Origin: Gammaproteobacteria bacterium
GTDB lineage: Bacteria; Pseudomonadota; Gammaproteobacteria; PS1; Pseudothioglobaceae
Direction: 5' to 3'
NCBI GenBank assembly: GCA_008080915.1
Contig: VMDI01000049.1
Span: forward strand, 1 to 56,045
Length of the DNA stretch: 56,045 nucleotides
This document shows positions 11,032-23,544 of the stretch, piece by piece; position 1 is the stretch's first letter, and each line of letters opens with the position of its first letter. A model generated the notes under the pieces. That model was not told the origin of the DNA, did no database searches, and worked only from the letters and a program-made list of their open reading frames with translations. The translations under genes and the position numbers were made by a program.

Positions 11032-12267
11032 ATGAGCCTTAAGTTCTACCAGATACTCGGTTTTCTTATTCTTCCATTGGTTTTACTAAGAATTCTTTTC
11101 AAAGGATTTAAAAATAATGCCTACTGGAAAAGAATTCCTGAGCGGTTTGGTTTTTATTCTCATGTTGAAAAGAACCTTATCTGGATTCATTGCGTCTCTG
11201 TTGGTGAATTTATGGCTGCCAAGCCATTAATTAACAAATACCTTGAAACTGAGAAATTATTAATTACTTGCTACACCCCAACTGGTTATGAGGCAATCAG
11301 TCAAGCATATGGTAACAAAGTAATCCAAGCCTATTGTCCAGTTGACATTAAACCATTTGTTACCCACTTTATCAAAACCTACAAACCGAAAAAATGCATT
11401 CTTTTAGAGACTGAGATTTGGCCCAATATCATTCATGAACTGTCAAAAAATAAAATACCAATTAACCTTATCAATGCAAGACTTTCTCAGAAGTCATTTA
11501 ATAGTTATCAAAAGTTCTTATCAAATATATTGAGCAAAACTCTAAACAAAATTGATTTGATAGCTGCTCAAAACGAAGATAGTAAAAAAAGGTTAGTTTC
11601 ATTGGGAGCTAAGGAGAGTAATACTATAGTCACAGGCAATATTAAGTTTGATCAGAAAATTGATATCAATCAATCCCAACTAAGTGAAATAAAAAAGTTT
11701 ATTCAAGATCAACAGGTCGTTGTTTTTGCAAGTACCCACAATGATGAGGAAAAGCAAATTTTTGAAGCAATAGACAAATCTTCCTATCTTGAAAACACCC
11801 TAAAAATTATTATTCCTAGACATCCAGAGAGATTTAATGAGGTCTATAAACTTACAAAAAAATATGGTTACACATCCGCCAAACGCTCTGAAAAAGATAC
11901 TGGTGAATCCAATCTAGAGGTTCTTATTGGTGACTCTATGGGTGAGTTACCGGAGTATCTCTTTCTAGCTGATGTAGTTTTCATGGGTGGTAGTTTAGTG
12001 AAACACGGGGGCCACAATATGATTGAACCTGCCCTTTTAGAAAAACCGATTATTTACGGTCAACATGTATTTAACTTTGCCCAGATATCTAAAGAATTAA
12101 TCAATTCAGGAGGGGCAATTCAAGTTGATTCTGCAGATACTTTGGTTGCAAAAATAGAATCTCTATTAAATAACCCTAAAGAACGAGAAGAGTTATCGAA
12201 AAATGCTTATAAATTCGCGAAAAACCTTCAAGGATCGACCAACAAGTTATTTAAATTAATTAAATGA
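11032..12267 (+). CDS. waaA: 3-deoxy-D-manno-octulosonic acid (Kdo) transferase
   Basis: 411 aa with an N-terminal membrane anchor. HCVSVGE and GGSL..HGGHNMIEPA motifs are typical of WaaA/KdtA. Confidence 0.9.
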   Translation: MSLKFYQILGFLILPLVLLRILFKGFKNNAYWKRIPERFGFYSHVEKNLIWIHCVSVGEFMAAKPLINKYLETEKLLITCYTPTGYEAISQAYGNKVIQAYCPVDIKPFVTHFIKTYKPKKCILLETEIWPNIIHELSKNKIPINLINARLSQKSFNSYQKFLSNILSKTLNKIDLIAAQNEDSKKRLVSLGAKESNTIVTGNIKFDQKIDINQSQLSEIKKFIQDQQVVVFASTHNDEEKQIFEAIDKSSYLENTLKIIIPRHPERFNEVYKLTKKYGYTSAKRSEKDTGESNLEVLIGDSMGELPEYLFLADVVFMGGSLVKHGGHNMIEPALLEKPIIYGQHVFNFAQISKELINSGGAIQVDSADTLVAKIESLLNNPKEREELSKNAYKFAKNLQGSTNKLFKLIK

Positions 12268-12696
12268 CTAGTCTTTAGCACTCCAATTTTTTTGCATTTC
12301 GAAAAATAAAAAAGATGCGCTCCAGGTTATTAAAACAAAGCCTGCCAAGCCTTCCAATCCTACAAGAAATCGGATATCTCCAATAGGACTAATGTCCCCA
12401 AAACCTAGAGTAGAGAAACTGGTAAATGAGAAATAGACACTATCTAATAAGGAACCATCATAGTTACCTTGCAAAGTTCCCCAGTTTGGACTGTTGTGCA
12501 TAAAATAAAACGCAAGCCCATATAGCCAAATTTCAATAACATGAGCAATAAAAGCAATAATTACAACGGCTAACACACGCATTCGATGTCTTATTTTTAG
12601 AAGCGGTAGGAGTTTAGTAGAGCGGTACAGGAACTCGTAGTGAATTAAAACACTTAAAAGAACAACAAAAGCATTAACAGCTAAAACGCTCAGCAT
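12268..12696 (-). CDS. Small potassium-channel-like (Ion_trans_2-type) membrane protein
   Basis: 142 aa. TM helices flank a pore-helix plus filter-like STLGFGD. The stop codon directly abuts the waaA stop. Confidence 0.7.
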   Translation of the reverse strand: MLSVLAVNAFVVLLSVLIHYEFLYRSTKLLPLLKIRHRMRVLAVVIIAFIAHVIEIWLYGLAFYFMHNSPNWGTLQGNYDGSLLDSVYFSFTSFSTLGFGDISPIGDIRFLVGLEGLAGFVLITWSASFLFFEMQKNWSAKD

Positions 12697-12704
12697 CTGT
12701 GTAT

Positions 12705-15608
<2,904 letters not shown>

Positions 15609-15655
15609 TTATTAATATATTATAATATTCTAATATTTAATTTAAACGTATTCTT

Positions 15656-16372
15656 ATGATCAACAAATCCATCCTTCTTAATGTAGTTTTAGTTTTTGTC
15701 ATTATCTTTGGCTATTTTTATTTTGAAAATACTAAAAACAATCCATCTGCTAATTTCTCAACTATTTCCACAACATCAGATGTGTCAAAAGTTGGAAGTG
15801 ATTTAACCCAGTTAGAATCTTTAAATAACCAGGTGATTGATCTTAAGCAAAAACTAGATGCAGCCAATAAGGAACTTGCTTCTCTTAAAAATCAAGATAC
15901 TGTGCTTGCTTCTACAAGAGAAGAGATTAAAAAATCAATTAAAGAGCTTGATCAGGTGAAATCTGAGATTTCAAAGGTCAAGAAAACTTCTGATTTGATT
16001 GCTCAAATTGAATCAGAAAAGAATCAAATTATCCAAGCTCAGAATAAAGTTAAAGAATTAACCAAATATTTTGAAGATCGATCTAAAACAGAAATTCAAC
16101 TTCTGCTAAAAGATGCTGAACTTGCATACCAAGATATCGTTGGCTCTTCAGTTATAACTCCTGCAATTCCGGTTATTGGTCTTCCAGTATTGGCTTTGAG
16201 TAACCAAAACTTAGATAAGGTTTGCTCAAATATCTCTAGGATGCTATCTGAAGAAGAGAAACTACTTGGTAAAAGAGTTTCTTTAAATACTCAAGAAAGT
16301 AATAAATACAACGAAATTTGTATTAAGGGAATCAAAGGCAAGCTTCAAGAAAACTTGAAGCTTACTAGATAA
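15656..16372 (+). CDS. Hypothetical membrane-anchored coiled-coil protein
   Basis: 238 aa with an N-terminal TM helix, a long heptad-like K/E/Q/L-rich region, and a second hydrophobic stretch near residue 170. No family recognised. Confidence 0.6.
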   Translation: MINKSILLNVVLVFVIIFGYFYFENTKNNPSANFSTISTTSDVSKVGSDLTQLESLNNQVIDLKQKLDAANKELASLKNQDTVLASTREEIKKSIKELDQVKSEISKVKKTSDLIAQIESEKNQIIQAQNKVKELTKYFEDRSKTEIQLLLKDAELAYQDIVGSSVITPAIPVIGLPVLALSNQNLDKVCSNISRMLSEEEKLLGKRVSLNTQESNKYNEICIKGIKGKLQENLKLTR

Positions 16373-16375
16373 TTT

Positions 16376-18295
16376 TTATTCAACTCTGTTTTTAATTAGG
16401 TCATCCACAACTTCTGGCTCAGCCAGTGTAGATGTATCTCCTAGATTCGAATAATCATTCTCAGCAATCTTTCTAAGAATTCTTCTCATGATCTTCCCTG
16501 AACGAGTTTTAGGAAGTCCTTGGGCAAATTGAATTTTATCGACAGTAGCAATTGGCCCTATTTCGGATCTCACCAACTTAACCAACTCTGTTCTTAAATC
16601 ATCAGAAGGTTCAGTTCCAGCCATCACTGATACATAAGCATATATTCCTTGACCTTTAATATCATGAGGATAACCCACAACTGCCGCCTCAGAAACGCTA
16701 TCATGAAGCACTAAAGCTGATTCGATTTCAGCTGTACCTAGTCTATGTCCTGAAATATTTAGGACATCATCCACTCGACCGGTAATCCAGTAATACCCAT
16801 CAGCATCTCTTTTCACACCATCTCCAGCAAAATATTTACCCGGGAAGGTGGAAAAATATGCTTCCATAAATCTTTCATGATTTCTATAAAGGGTTCTCAT
16901 CTGACCAGGCCAAGATCTTGCCATGACCAAAATACCCTCAGTTTCTCCTTCAAGGATATTTCCTTTTTCGTCTACAACCTGAGGTTCAATTCCGAAAAAC
17001 GGTCTAGTTGCTGATCCAGGTTTTAAATCTGTTGCATAAGGGAGTGGAGTAATCATGTGTCCACCCGTTTCAGTTTGCCACCAGGTATCCACGATAGGGC
17101 ATCTACCCTCTCCTACTTTATGGTAATACCATTCCCAAGCCTCTGGGTTAATCGGTTCACCAACTGTTCCAAGAACTCTCAACGAGCTTCTAGAAGTTTT
17201 ATCTACAAACTCATCACCTGCACCCATTAAAGCTCTGATAGCTGTTGGAGCTGTGTAAAAAATGTTGACATTGTGCTTATCGACAACTTGCCAAAATCTA
17301 GACGCATCAGGATAAGAGGGAATCCCCTCGAACATTAACGAAGTAGCGCCATTTGCAAGCGGCCCATAAACAATATAAGAGTGACCAGTCACCCAACCCA
17401 CATCAGCTGTACACCAGTAAATATCACCTTCTTGGTAATCAAATGTGTATTTATGGGTCATTGCAGCATAGAGGAGGTATCCCCCTGAGGTATGAAGAAC
17501 GCCTTTGGGCTTTCCAGTTGAACCAGACGTATAGAGAATAAATAGAGGGGTTTCAGCATCAAAATTTTCACAAGGACAAGAAGCCTCTTGTTTAGAACTT
17601 ATTTCGTGATACCAAACATCTCTGTCATTCCAGGCTATATTGCCACCAGTATTCTTGACAACAAGGATGTGATCAACACAATCGCAATCTTTAACTGCAG
17701 TATCGACATTATTTTTAAGTGGAACGCTCTTACCCCCTCTGACGCCCTCATCAGCAGTAATCACCACTTTACATTCAGCATCTAAAACTCTGTCTTTTAG
17801 TGCTTCTGGAGAGAATCCACCAAAAACCACTGAGTGAATAGCACCAATTCTTGCACAAGCTAGCATTGCATAGGCAGCCTCTAAAATCATAGGCATATAG
17901 ATACAAACGGTATCCCCTTTGCCGACACCTAACTCTTTCAGTGAATTAGCAAACCTGCAAACCTCATCATGTAGCTCCTGATAGGTAACGGTTTTAGAAA
18001 CATTAGGATCATCACCCTCCCAAATTAGAGCAGCTTGGTTAGCTCTTTTAGGTAAATGACGATCAATACAGTTATAAGCTACATTAAGCTCACCACCACT
18101 AAACCACTCTATTTTTCCCTTGTGATAGTCAACATCGCTAACACTGTTCCAATCTTTAGACCAGTCTAGAAACTCTTTAGCCTGGGACGACCAGAATTCA
18201 TCTGATTTCTCAATTGAATCACGATACATTTTTTGATATTTTTCATTATCGCAGTTAGGGGTTCTAGAAGATTTTGCTGTAGGGTAGATATCCAT
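16376..18295 (-). CDS. acs: Acetyl-CoA synthetase
   Basis: 639 aa with AMP-binding signature [11 protein letters not shown] and full-length resemblance to bacterial Acs. Confidence 0.97.
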   Translation of the reverse strand: MDIYPTAKSSRTPNCDNEKYQKMYRDSIEKSDEFWSSQAKEFLDWSKDWNSVSDVDYHKGKIEWFSGGELNVAYNCIDRHLPKRANQAALIWEGDDPNVSKTVTYQELHDEVCRFANSLKELGVGKGDTVCIYMPMILEAAYAMLACARIGAIHSVVFGGFSPEALKDRVLDAECKVVITADEGVRGGKSVPLKNNVDTAVKDCDCVDHILVVKNTGGNIAWNDRDVWYHEISSKQEASCPCENFDAETPLFILYTSGSTGKPKGVLHTSGGYLLYAAMTHKYTFDYQEGDIYWCTADVGWVTGHSYIVYGPLANGATSLMFEGIPSYPDASRFWQVVDKHNVNIFYTAPTAIRALMGAGDEFVDKTSRSSLRVLGTVGEPINPEAWEWYYHKVGEGRCPIVDTWWQTETGGHMITPLPYATDLKPGSATRPFFGIEPQVVDEKGNILEGETEGILVMARSWPGQMRTLYRNHERFMEAYFSTFPGKYFAGDGVKRDADGYYWITGRVDDVLNISGHRLGTAEIESALVLHDSVSEAAVVGYPHDIKGQGIYAYVSVMAGTEPSDDLRTELVKLVRSEIGPIATVDKIQFAQGLPKTRSGKIMRRILRKIAENDYSNLGDTSTLAEPEVVDDLIKNRVE

Positions 18296-18370
18296 GATTT
18301 AAATCGGTTTATAATCAAAAAAACCAATCATACCAAAAAAAAATAACACTTAAAGTGTATCAGTTTTTGT

Positions 18371-19063
18371 TTATATAACCTGTTTCAAAGTTATTTCACT
18401 GGGATTTTTCATGTAAGAGATTTGAGCAAGAAATAACTCAGCAGTGGCAATGGCATCTAGCATGGCATGATGAGCCCCATGAAGAGGCAGGTTATATCTG
18501 TCTCTGAGCGCATTCAGTCTCATTGAATCAGGTTGTGTGTGGACAAATTTTTTATTTTGTTTCATGCATTCAACCTTCAAGGTATCAACTACCACCATGG
18601 GTAAATCTTTAAAGCCATAAAGGTTTTGACAAACCTGATTAATGAATCCCTTTTCGATATAGTCGAAATGAACTAATAATGCTCTACCCTTGAGTAGTTC
18701 AAATATTTTTTCCATCATTTGGCTAACAGTAATCCCACTCTTAACTTCATCGTCAGTGATCTCATGAATCGAAACATTTTGCTCAGTTAACTCTGTCTTA
18801 GGATTAACAATATAGTGACCATTCATTGAATTAAGAATTGCCAATTGATCAATAACTGTGTAGCCAAAACTGACCACACGATCTGTTTTTGGATTAAGGC
18901 CTGTTGTCTCAAAATCAAGAGCGAGAAATTCAATATCTTTCACTCGATCAGAGGAAGAAGGTAGTGACTCTGAAAGATAATTAATTAGTGAACCAGGTAG
19001 GTTTTTAAGCTTGGATAACTTTTTCTGTCTTGAGTTTAATCTTGAATCTTTAGAAAAGATCAT
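18371..19063 (-). CDS. DEDDh 3'-5' exonuclease (DNA polymerase III epsilon-like), partner of the DUF294 protein
   Basis: Exo I LDFETTGL, Exo III HGAHHAMLDA. 4-nt overlap with the upstream DUF294 gene. Confidence 0.85.
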   Translation of the reverse strand: MIFSKDSRLNSRQKKLSKLKNLPGSLINYLSESLPSSSDRVKDIEFLALDFETTGLNPKTDRVVSFGYTVIDQLAILNSMNGHYIVNPKTELTEQNVSIHEITDDEVKSGITVSQMMEKIFELLKGRALLVHFDYIEKGFINQVCQNLYGFKDLPMVVVDTLKVECMKQNKKFVHTQPDSMRLNALRDRYNLPLHGAHHAMLDAIATAELFLAQISYMKNPSEITLKQVI

Positions 19064-20898
19064 GACAATATGGTGGCGTTAAAGTGAACTCCCATGGTGC
19101 TTTGACCATCCTCGACAACATTAAAGGCATCCTTAAGGTGTTTTTTATCGAGTGAATGAATCTCTTGAGGGTCAACGTAATTATCTGGTTCTTGCTTATT
19201 CTTCAACTGCTTCGCTTGATGTTTGATTCTGACCGTATTGATAAATTTAAATGCATCAATCATGTCGGCACCTGTTTTTTTAGACAAACCCTTCATCTCT
19301 ACAAGAGCATTGATTCGATCCACCGTATTCACACTAGAGATACCATTTGCAAGGGCATACGTTCTTGCATAATCAATGACAGGGGTCACGCCTCTTTTCT
19401 TTAAATTAAGCGCTTTTTTTCTCTCTCCACTGGCATCCAGGATGAAATTCCTAAAAAATCCAATTGGAGGTTTTGCCATCAAAGCATTGTTGGCCATAAA
19501 TGCTTGAAAACGGCTATTTTTCTTAGTCTTCTCGAGTATCACATCTCTTAATGAGTAAAACAAGCTAGAATCGCCATAGATGCATCTAATATCAAAAAAG
19601 ATACTCGCTAACATTAAAGCTTTTGGCTCTGGAGACTCAATCCACTCCTTGAAGTAATCTTTCCATACCTTAACCGGTTGTCTCCATCTGTCGTTAACTG
19701 CCATGACATCTCCTGGGCAATAAATATATCCACATTCATTTAAGCCATCATTGACGAACTTAGCGATTGATTTGAAGTATTTTTGGTGTTTTTTAGAATC
19801 ATATTCGTCAGATAGAATCATTAGATTATCCTGATCAGAATGAAGAATTTGCTCATTTCTAGCAAGCGATCCAGCAACCACCCAGGCATAACTCACAGGC
19901 GGTTCACCAAACTTATCTTCGGCCAGTTTCACAAGCCTTTGATTAATCGCCCTTCCAACGGAACTGACAGAGTATGCAATATCATGTTCATCCATATTTG
20001 CGTCTACATCACGAAGAAGAAGCAGAGGAATCTGTTTTGAAATTTGTTGAAGTTTTTTAATATTCTCAGCTCTTTGAATCTCACTGATTAAAAAGACCAC
20101 GTTATGACTTTGTTTTCTTAAAAGATCAGCAGCAGTAATAATTCCAACAACTTTTTCTTTTTTTACAATGGGTAAATGTCGAACCTGTTGCCTAGCCATA
20201 ATGAGCATGGCCTCAACACCACTTTTAAAATATTCAATGGTCAGTGGATTTTTAGTCATAATCCGAGAAATCGGCATGCTACTGTCTATTTGATCTGCAA
20301 CAACTTTGGTGCAAAAGGCTCTATCTGTGACAATTCCTGAGAGTTTTCCATCAGTTGTTATCATCACTGCGGTGACATTTTTATCATTCATTAATTTGGC
20401 AACCGATCTTATCGGCTCATCATCATTAACGATATAGGGATCAATGGCTCTTGACATCTGCATCACAGAGTTACCTAAAAGATGAATCTCACTTGAATCA
20501 CTTGCAGCAGATGATGTAATAGAGGAAGGCCTTCTGTCATTAAAAAATTGTTGAATAATATCTATCTCACCACAAAGATTAAAAAAAGTCTCTTTGGGTA
20601 TGCGATAGTAGAGCGTATCTTCAACAGTTCGATGTTCGTATAAAGAGCACTCTGGTTTGTAACCAAACCAATCATGTTCTCCAATCAACTCCTTAAGCGT
20701 TTGATTCTCTCCAGAGATCTGAACAGCCCCCTTACGAATCAAATAGATGAAATCAGACTTAAGAGACATGATATGGTCTCTTTTGCGATAAGCTGTTTGT
20801 GAAATTTTGACCACCTCTCTCAGCTGAGAATCATTAAGATGGTCTAAAGGAAGGGTTTCTTTAAAAAAAAGTTGGGTTTTTTCGTCTTCGACTTCCAC
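19060..20898 (-). CDS. Cyclic-nucleotide-binding / tandem CBS / DUF294 nucleotidyltransferase signal-transduction protein
   Basis: 612 aa. N-terminal cNMP-binding-like region (FIYLIRKGAV), two CBS modules, and nucleotidyltransferase motif GSLARNEQILHSDQDN. Confidence 0.85.
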   Translation of the reverse strand: MEVEDEKTQLFFKETLPLDHLNDSQLREVVKISQTAYRKRDHIMSLKSDFIYLIRKGAVQISGENQTLKELIGEHDWFGYKPECSLYEHRTVEDTLYYRIPKETFFNLCGEIDIIQQFFNDRRPSSITSSAASDSSEIHLLGNSVMQMSRAIDPYIVNDDEPIRSVAKLMNDKNVTAVMITTDGKLSGIVTDRAFCTKVVADQIDSSMPISRIMTKNPLTIEYFKSGVEAMLIMARQQVRHLPIVKKEKVVGIITAADLLRKQSHNVVFLISEIQRAENIKKLQQISKQIPLLLLRDVDANMDEHDIAYSVSSVGRAINQRLVKLAEDKFGEPPVSYAWVVAGSLARNEQILHSDQDNLMILSDEYDSKKHQKYFKSIAKFVNDGLNECGYIYCPGDVMAVNDRWRQPVKVWKDYFKEWIESPEPKALMLASIFFDIRCIYGDSSLFYSLRDVILEKTKKNSRFQAFMANNALMAKPPIGFFRNFILDASGERKKALNLKKRGVTPVIDYARTYALANGISSVNTVDRINALVEMKGLSKKTGADMIDAFKFINTVRIKHQAKQLKNKQEPDNYVDPQEIHSLDKKHLKDAFNVVEDGQSTMGVHFNATILS

Positions 20899-21380
20899 TA
20901 ATTGTAGACAGGTTCTTTGTAGATAAATGTGGTTGGAGCTTGCCCATGGAATTTACTTTCGTTAATGACAAATAAGAACTGAAGATACATCTGATCCATG
21001 ATATTAACCACATCACTTTCCCATTGCTGATAGGTGTTATCAATCGGACGCATTGCCATCTGATTCGACATCTCATCAGGGTTGGTCACTAGAGCGAAAT
21101 TAATATTAGTCATTGGTATTTCTGATCTAACCATCAATTTATTCTGACCAAAATTCTGAGTATCTGTTGTGATTTTAATTTCAACATCTTCGTTCTCAAA
21201 ATAACAATAACCACTGGGCCATCTGCAATTTGATTTAGCAACTAATGGGTACGGGATACCTTTTTCAGCCTTTAGGGCATCATCTGCGACCCAATCATCC
21301 ACCATAAACCAGGCCAGGATAGCCAGGATTGGAGCAATGATAAGAGAGGCGATAACGTGTTTATTGGTAAAAAATTTCAT
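20898..21380 (-). CDS. Hypothetical membrane-anchored (probably periplasm-facing) protein
   Basis: 160 aa with an N-terminal TM/signal-anchor (VIASLIIAPILAILAWFMV) and a Cys pair CRWPSGYC. 1-nt overlap with the DUF294 gene start. No family recognised. Confidence 0.55.
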   Translation of the reverse strand: MKFFTNKHVIASLIIAPILAILAWFMVDDWVADDALKAEKGIPYPLVAKSNCRWPSGYCYFENEDVEIKITTDTQNFGQNKLMVRSEIPMTNINFALVTNPDEMSNQMAMRPIDNTYQQWESDVVNIMDQMYLQFLFVINESKFHGQAPTTFIYKEPVYN

Positions 21381-21391
21381 GGTCTTATTAT

Positions 21392-21424
21392 AAAAAAAAA
21401 CACCCGGATAAACCGGGTGTTTTT
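21392..21424 (-). terminator. Rho-independent terminator after the symporter gene
   Basis: 8-bp stem ACACCCGG (21400-21407) / CCGGGTGT (21413-21420). A9 on the plus strand gives a U9 tail on the minus strand. Confidence 0.75.
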
Positions 21425-21444
21425 ATTAAAGATTTATAAAAATC

Positions 21445-23139
21445 TTATTTAGCAGAGTGCATGTTATCAACCATCTTAGCGATGTTTGCAGGCACTTTAG
21501 CAGTAGACTTCGCTACAAGGAATGCAACTGCGAAGTTAACTACAGCACCAACAGCACCAAACGCATTTGGTTCAATACCTAGGAACCAGTTGTTTGGCAT
21601 ACCGCCCATGAATGAAGTTGAAGCCACAAACATGATACCCTTGTGCTGGAACACGTATAGAAGTGTTACAGTAATACCGGCTAACATACCTGCGATAGCA
21701 CCTTCTTTATTCATTGTTCTGCTGAAGATACCCATCATGATTGCTGGGAATAAACTTGATGCAGCTAGACCAAAGGCTAGAGCAACAGTACCTGCAGCAA
21801 AATCTGGTGGGTTGTATCCAAGATAACCAGCTAGAGCAATCGCACCTGCCATTGAGACACGTCCATAGAATAGCTCTTTAGATTCTGAAATCTCAGGATG
21901 CCATACACCCTTCAGTAAGTCATGTGATACTGATGACGCGATTGCAAGCAATAGACCTGCAGCCGTTGATAACGCAGCAGCAAGACCACCTGCAGCAACC
22001 AGAGCAATAATCCAGTTAGGTAACTGAGCAATTTCTGGGTTAGCAAGTACCATGATGTCACGGTCAACTTTAGTCATCTCATTCTTAGCTTTATCAGCAA
22101 CGTATTGGATCTTACCGTCACCATTCTTATCTTGATACTTAAGTAATCCAGTAGTTTCCCACTTAGCAACCCAACCAGGAAGCTCAGATACTTGAGTATT
22201 GTGAACAGTATCAATAAGGTTTAAACGAGCCATCGCAGCAACCGCAGGAGCAGTTGTGTATAGGATCGCGATAAATACTAATGCCCAACCAGCAGACTCA
22301 CGAGCAGCCTTCATGTCAGGAACAGTGAAGAATCTCATGATAACGTGCGGAAGACCAGCAGTACCAATCATTAGAGATAAAGTGTAAACAAATGTATTTG
22401 TCATGTTAAGTCTGAATTGAGTTGTGTACTCAGCAAAACCGAGACCTGTCACAACCTGATCTAACTTATCAAGAAGATACGTACCACTTCCATCAGCAAG
22501 TGTTGAACCAAGACCTAATTGAGGAATTGGGTTACCTGTCATTTGAAGTGAAATAAAGATAGCTGGGATAGTGTAGGCAATAATCATAATGACATACTGT
22601 GCTACCTGGGTATATGTAATACCTTTCATACCACCAAGTACAGCATATACGAATACGATACCCATACCGATTAATAGACCATCCGTGTAATCTACTTCCA
22701 GGAATCTACCGAATGCAACACCGATACCTTTCATCTGACCAATTACGTATGTAACTGAAGCGATGATCAAACAAATAACCGCTACAACACGAGCAGTCTT
22801 TGAATAGTAACGATCTGAAATGAACTCAGAGACCGTAAAGCAGCCGTGCTTTCTTAAGTATGGAGCTAGAAGCATAGCAAGTAGAACGTATCCACCTGTC
22901 CAACCCATTAAGAAAACTGAACCACCATAACCTAGGAAGGCGATTAAGCCAGCCATTGAAATAAATGAAGCAGCACTCATCCAGTCAGCCGCAGTAGCCA
23001 TACCATTAAGGACCGGTGGTACACCACCGCCAGCTACGTAGAACTCTTTAGTTGAGCCTGTTCTAGACCATAGACCAATACCAATGTAGATCGCAAAAGT
23101 GATACCTACAAAAGTAAACGTTAGAGCTTGTAAATCCAT
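21445..23139 (-). CDS. Sodium:solute symporter, ActP-related (VC_2705-like subgroup, probable acetate/monocarboxylate uptake)
   Basis: 564 aa polytopic SSS-family protein, preceded by a DUF4212-type small subunit and clustered with acs. Confidence 0.88.
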   Translation of the reverse strand: MDLQALTFTFVGITFAIYIGIGLWSRTGSTKEFYVAGGGVPPVLNGMATAADWMSAASFISMAGLIAFLGYGGSVFLMGWTGGYVLLAMLLAPYLRKHGCFTVSEFISDRYYSKTARVVAVICLIIASVTYVIGQMKGIGVAFGRFLEVDYTDGLLIGMGIVFVYAVLGGMKGITYTQVAQYVIMIIAYTIPAIFISLQMTGNPIPQLGLGSTLADGSGTYLLDKLDQVVTGLGFAEYTTQFRLNMTNTFVYTLSLMIGTAGLPHVIMRFFTVPDMKAARESAGWALVFIAILYTTAPAVAAMARLNLIDTVHNTQVSELPGWVAKWETTGLLKYQDKNGDGKIQYVADKAKNEMTKVDRDIMVLANPEIAQLPNWIIALVAAGGLAAALSTAAGLLLAIASSVSHDLLKGVWHPEISESKELFYGRVSMAGAIALAGYLGYNPPDFAAGTVALAFGLAASSLFPAIMMGIFSRTMNKEGAIAGMLAGITVTLLYVFQHKGIMFVASTSFMGGMPNNWFLGIEPNAFGAVGAVVNFAVAFLVAKSTAKVPANIAKMVDNMHSAK

Positions 23140-23150
23140 CTTATACCTCC

Positions 23151-23390
23151 TTATTTACTATTAGCATCAATTTCGCCCATTTTCTTGGCGTAATAGAAAA
23201 TTAAAGCTACAAACACATAGATAGATCCCTGTTGCGCGAACCAGAAACCAAGTTTGTAACCACCCAACGAAATGGCGTTGAGTTGTTCAACAAGCAAAAT
23301 CCCGAAGACATATGAAACTACAAACCATATGGCCAGACACTTTTTAATCAGTGCCAGATTTGCTTCCCAATAAGAATTGTCTTTAGACAT
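23151..23390 (-). CDS. Putative solute:sodium symporter small subunit (DUF4212)
   Basis: 79 aa with two TM helices, immediately upstream of the SSS transporter gene. Confidence 0.8.
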   Translation of the reverse strand: MSKDNSYWEANLALIKKCLAIWFVVSYVFGILLVEQLNAISLGGYKLGFWFAQQGSIYVFVALIFYYAKKMGEIDANSK

Positions 23391-23487
23391 AAAATCTCCT
23401 CATTAAATGTAAGCATTTGCAAGTTTAAACAAAAAAAAACCCTTTGCAAAAGTATCACGTTTTTCTAATATACTAATATTCACGCGT

Positions 23488-23515
23488 AAAAAAACCCCAT
23501 CACTGGGGCTTTTTT
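23488..23515 (-). terminator. Rho-independent terminator after rpoZ (bidirectional shape)
   Basis: Stem CCCCA (23495-23499) / TGGGG (23504-23508) with loop TCAC. A7 upstream gives a U7 tail on the minus strand; T6 lies downstream on the plus strand. Confidence 0.6.
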
Positions 23516-23544
23516 GGTAAATAGTTGATTATTATGCTAAGTTT

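Noticed and set aside
21461-21826. 121-aa ORF antisense to the symporter gene. Similar antisense ORFs occur at 13738..14061, 28272..28658, 35611..35925 and 54195..54530.
   Set aside because: All lie fully inside strongly recognisable conserved genes on the opposite strand. They have no SD, no family resemblance and odd composition.
23391-23465. Two TTGCAAA elements 27 nt apart upstream of the symporter operon, considered as sigma54 -12 boxes.
   Set aside because: Neither is preceded by a GG-containing -24 element at the required spacing. TTGCAA is also a common AT-rich palindrome.
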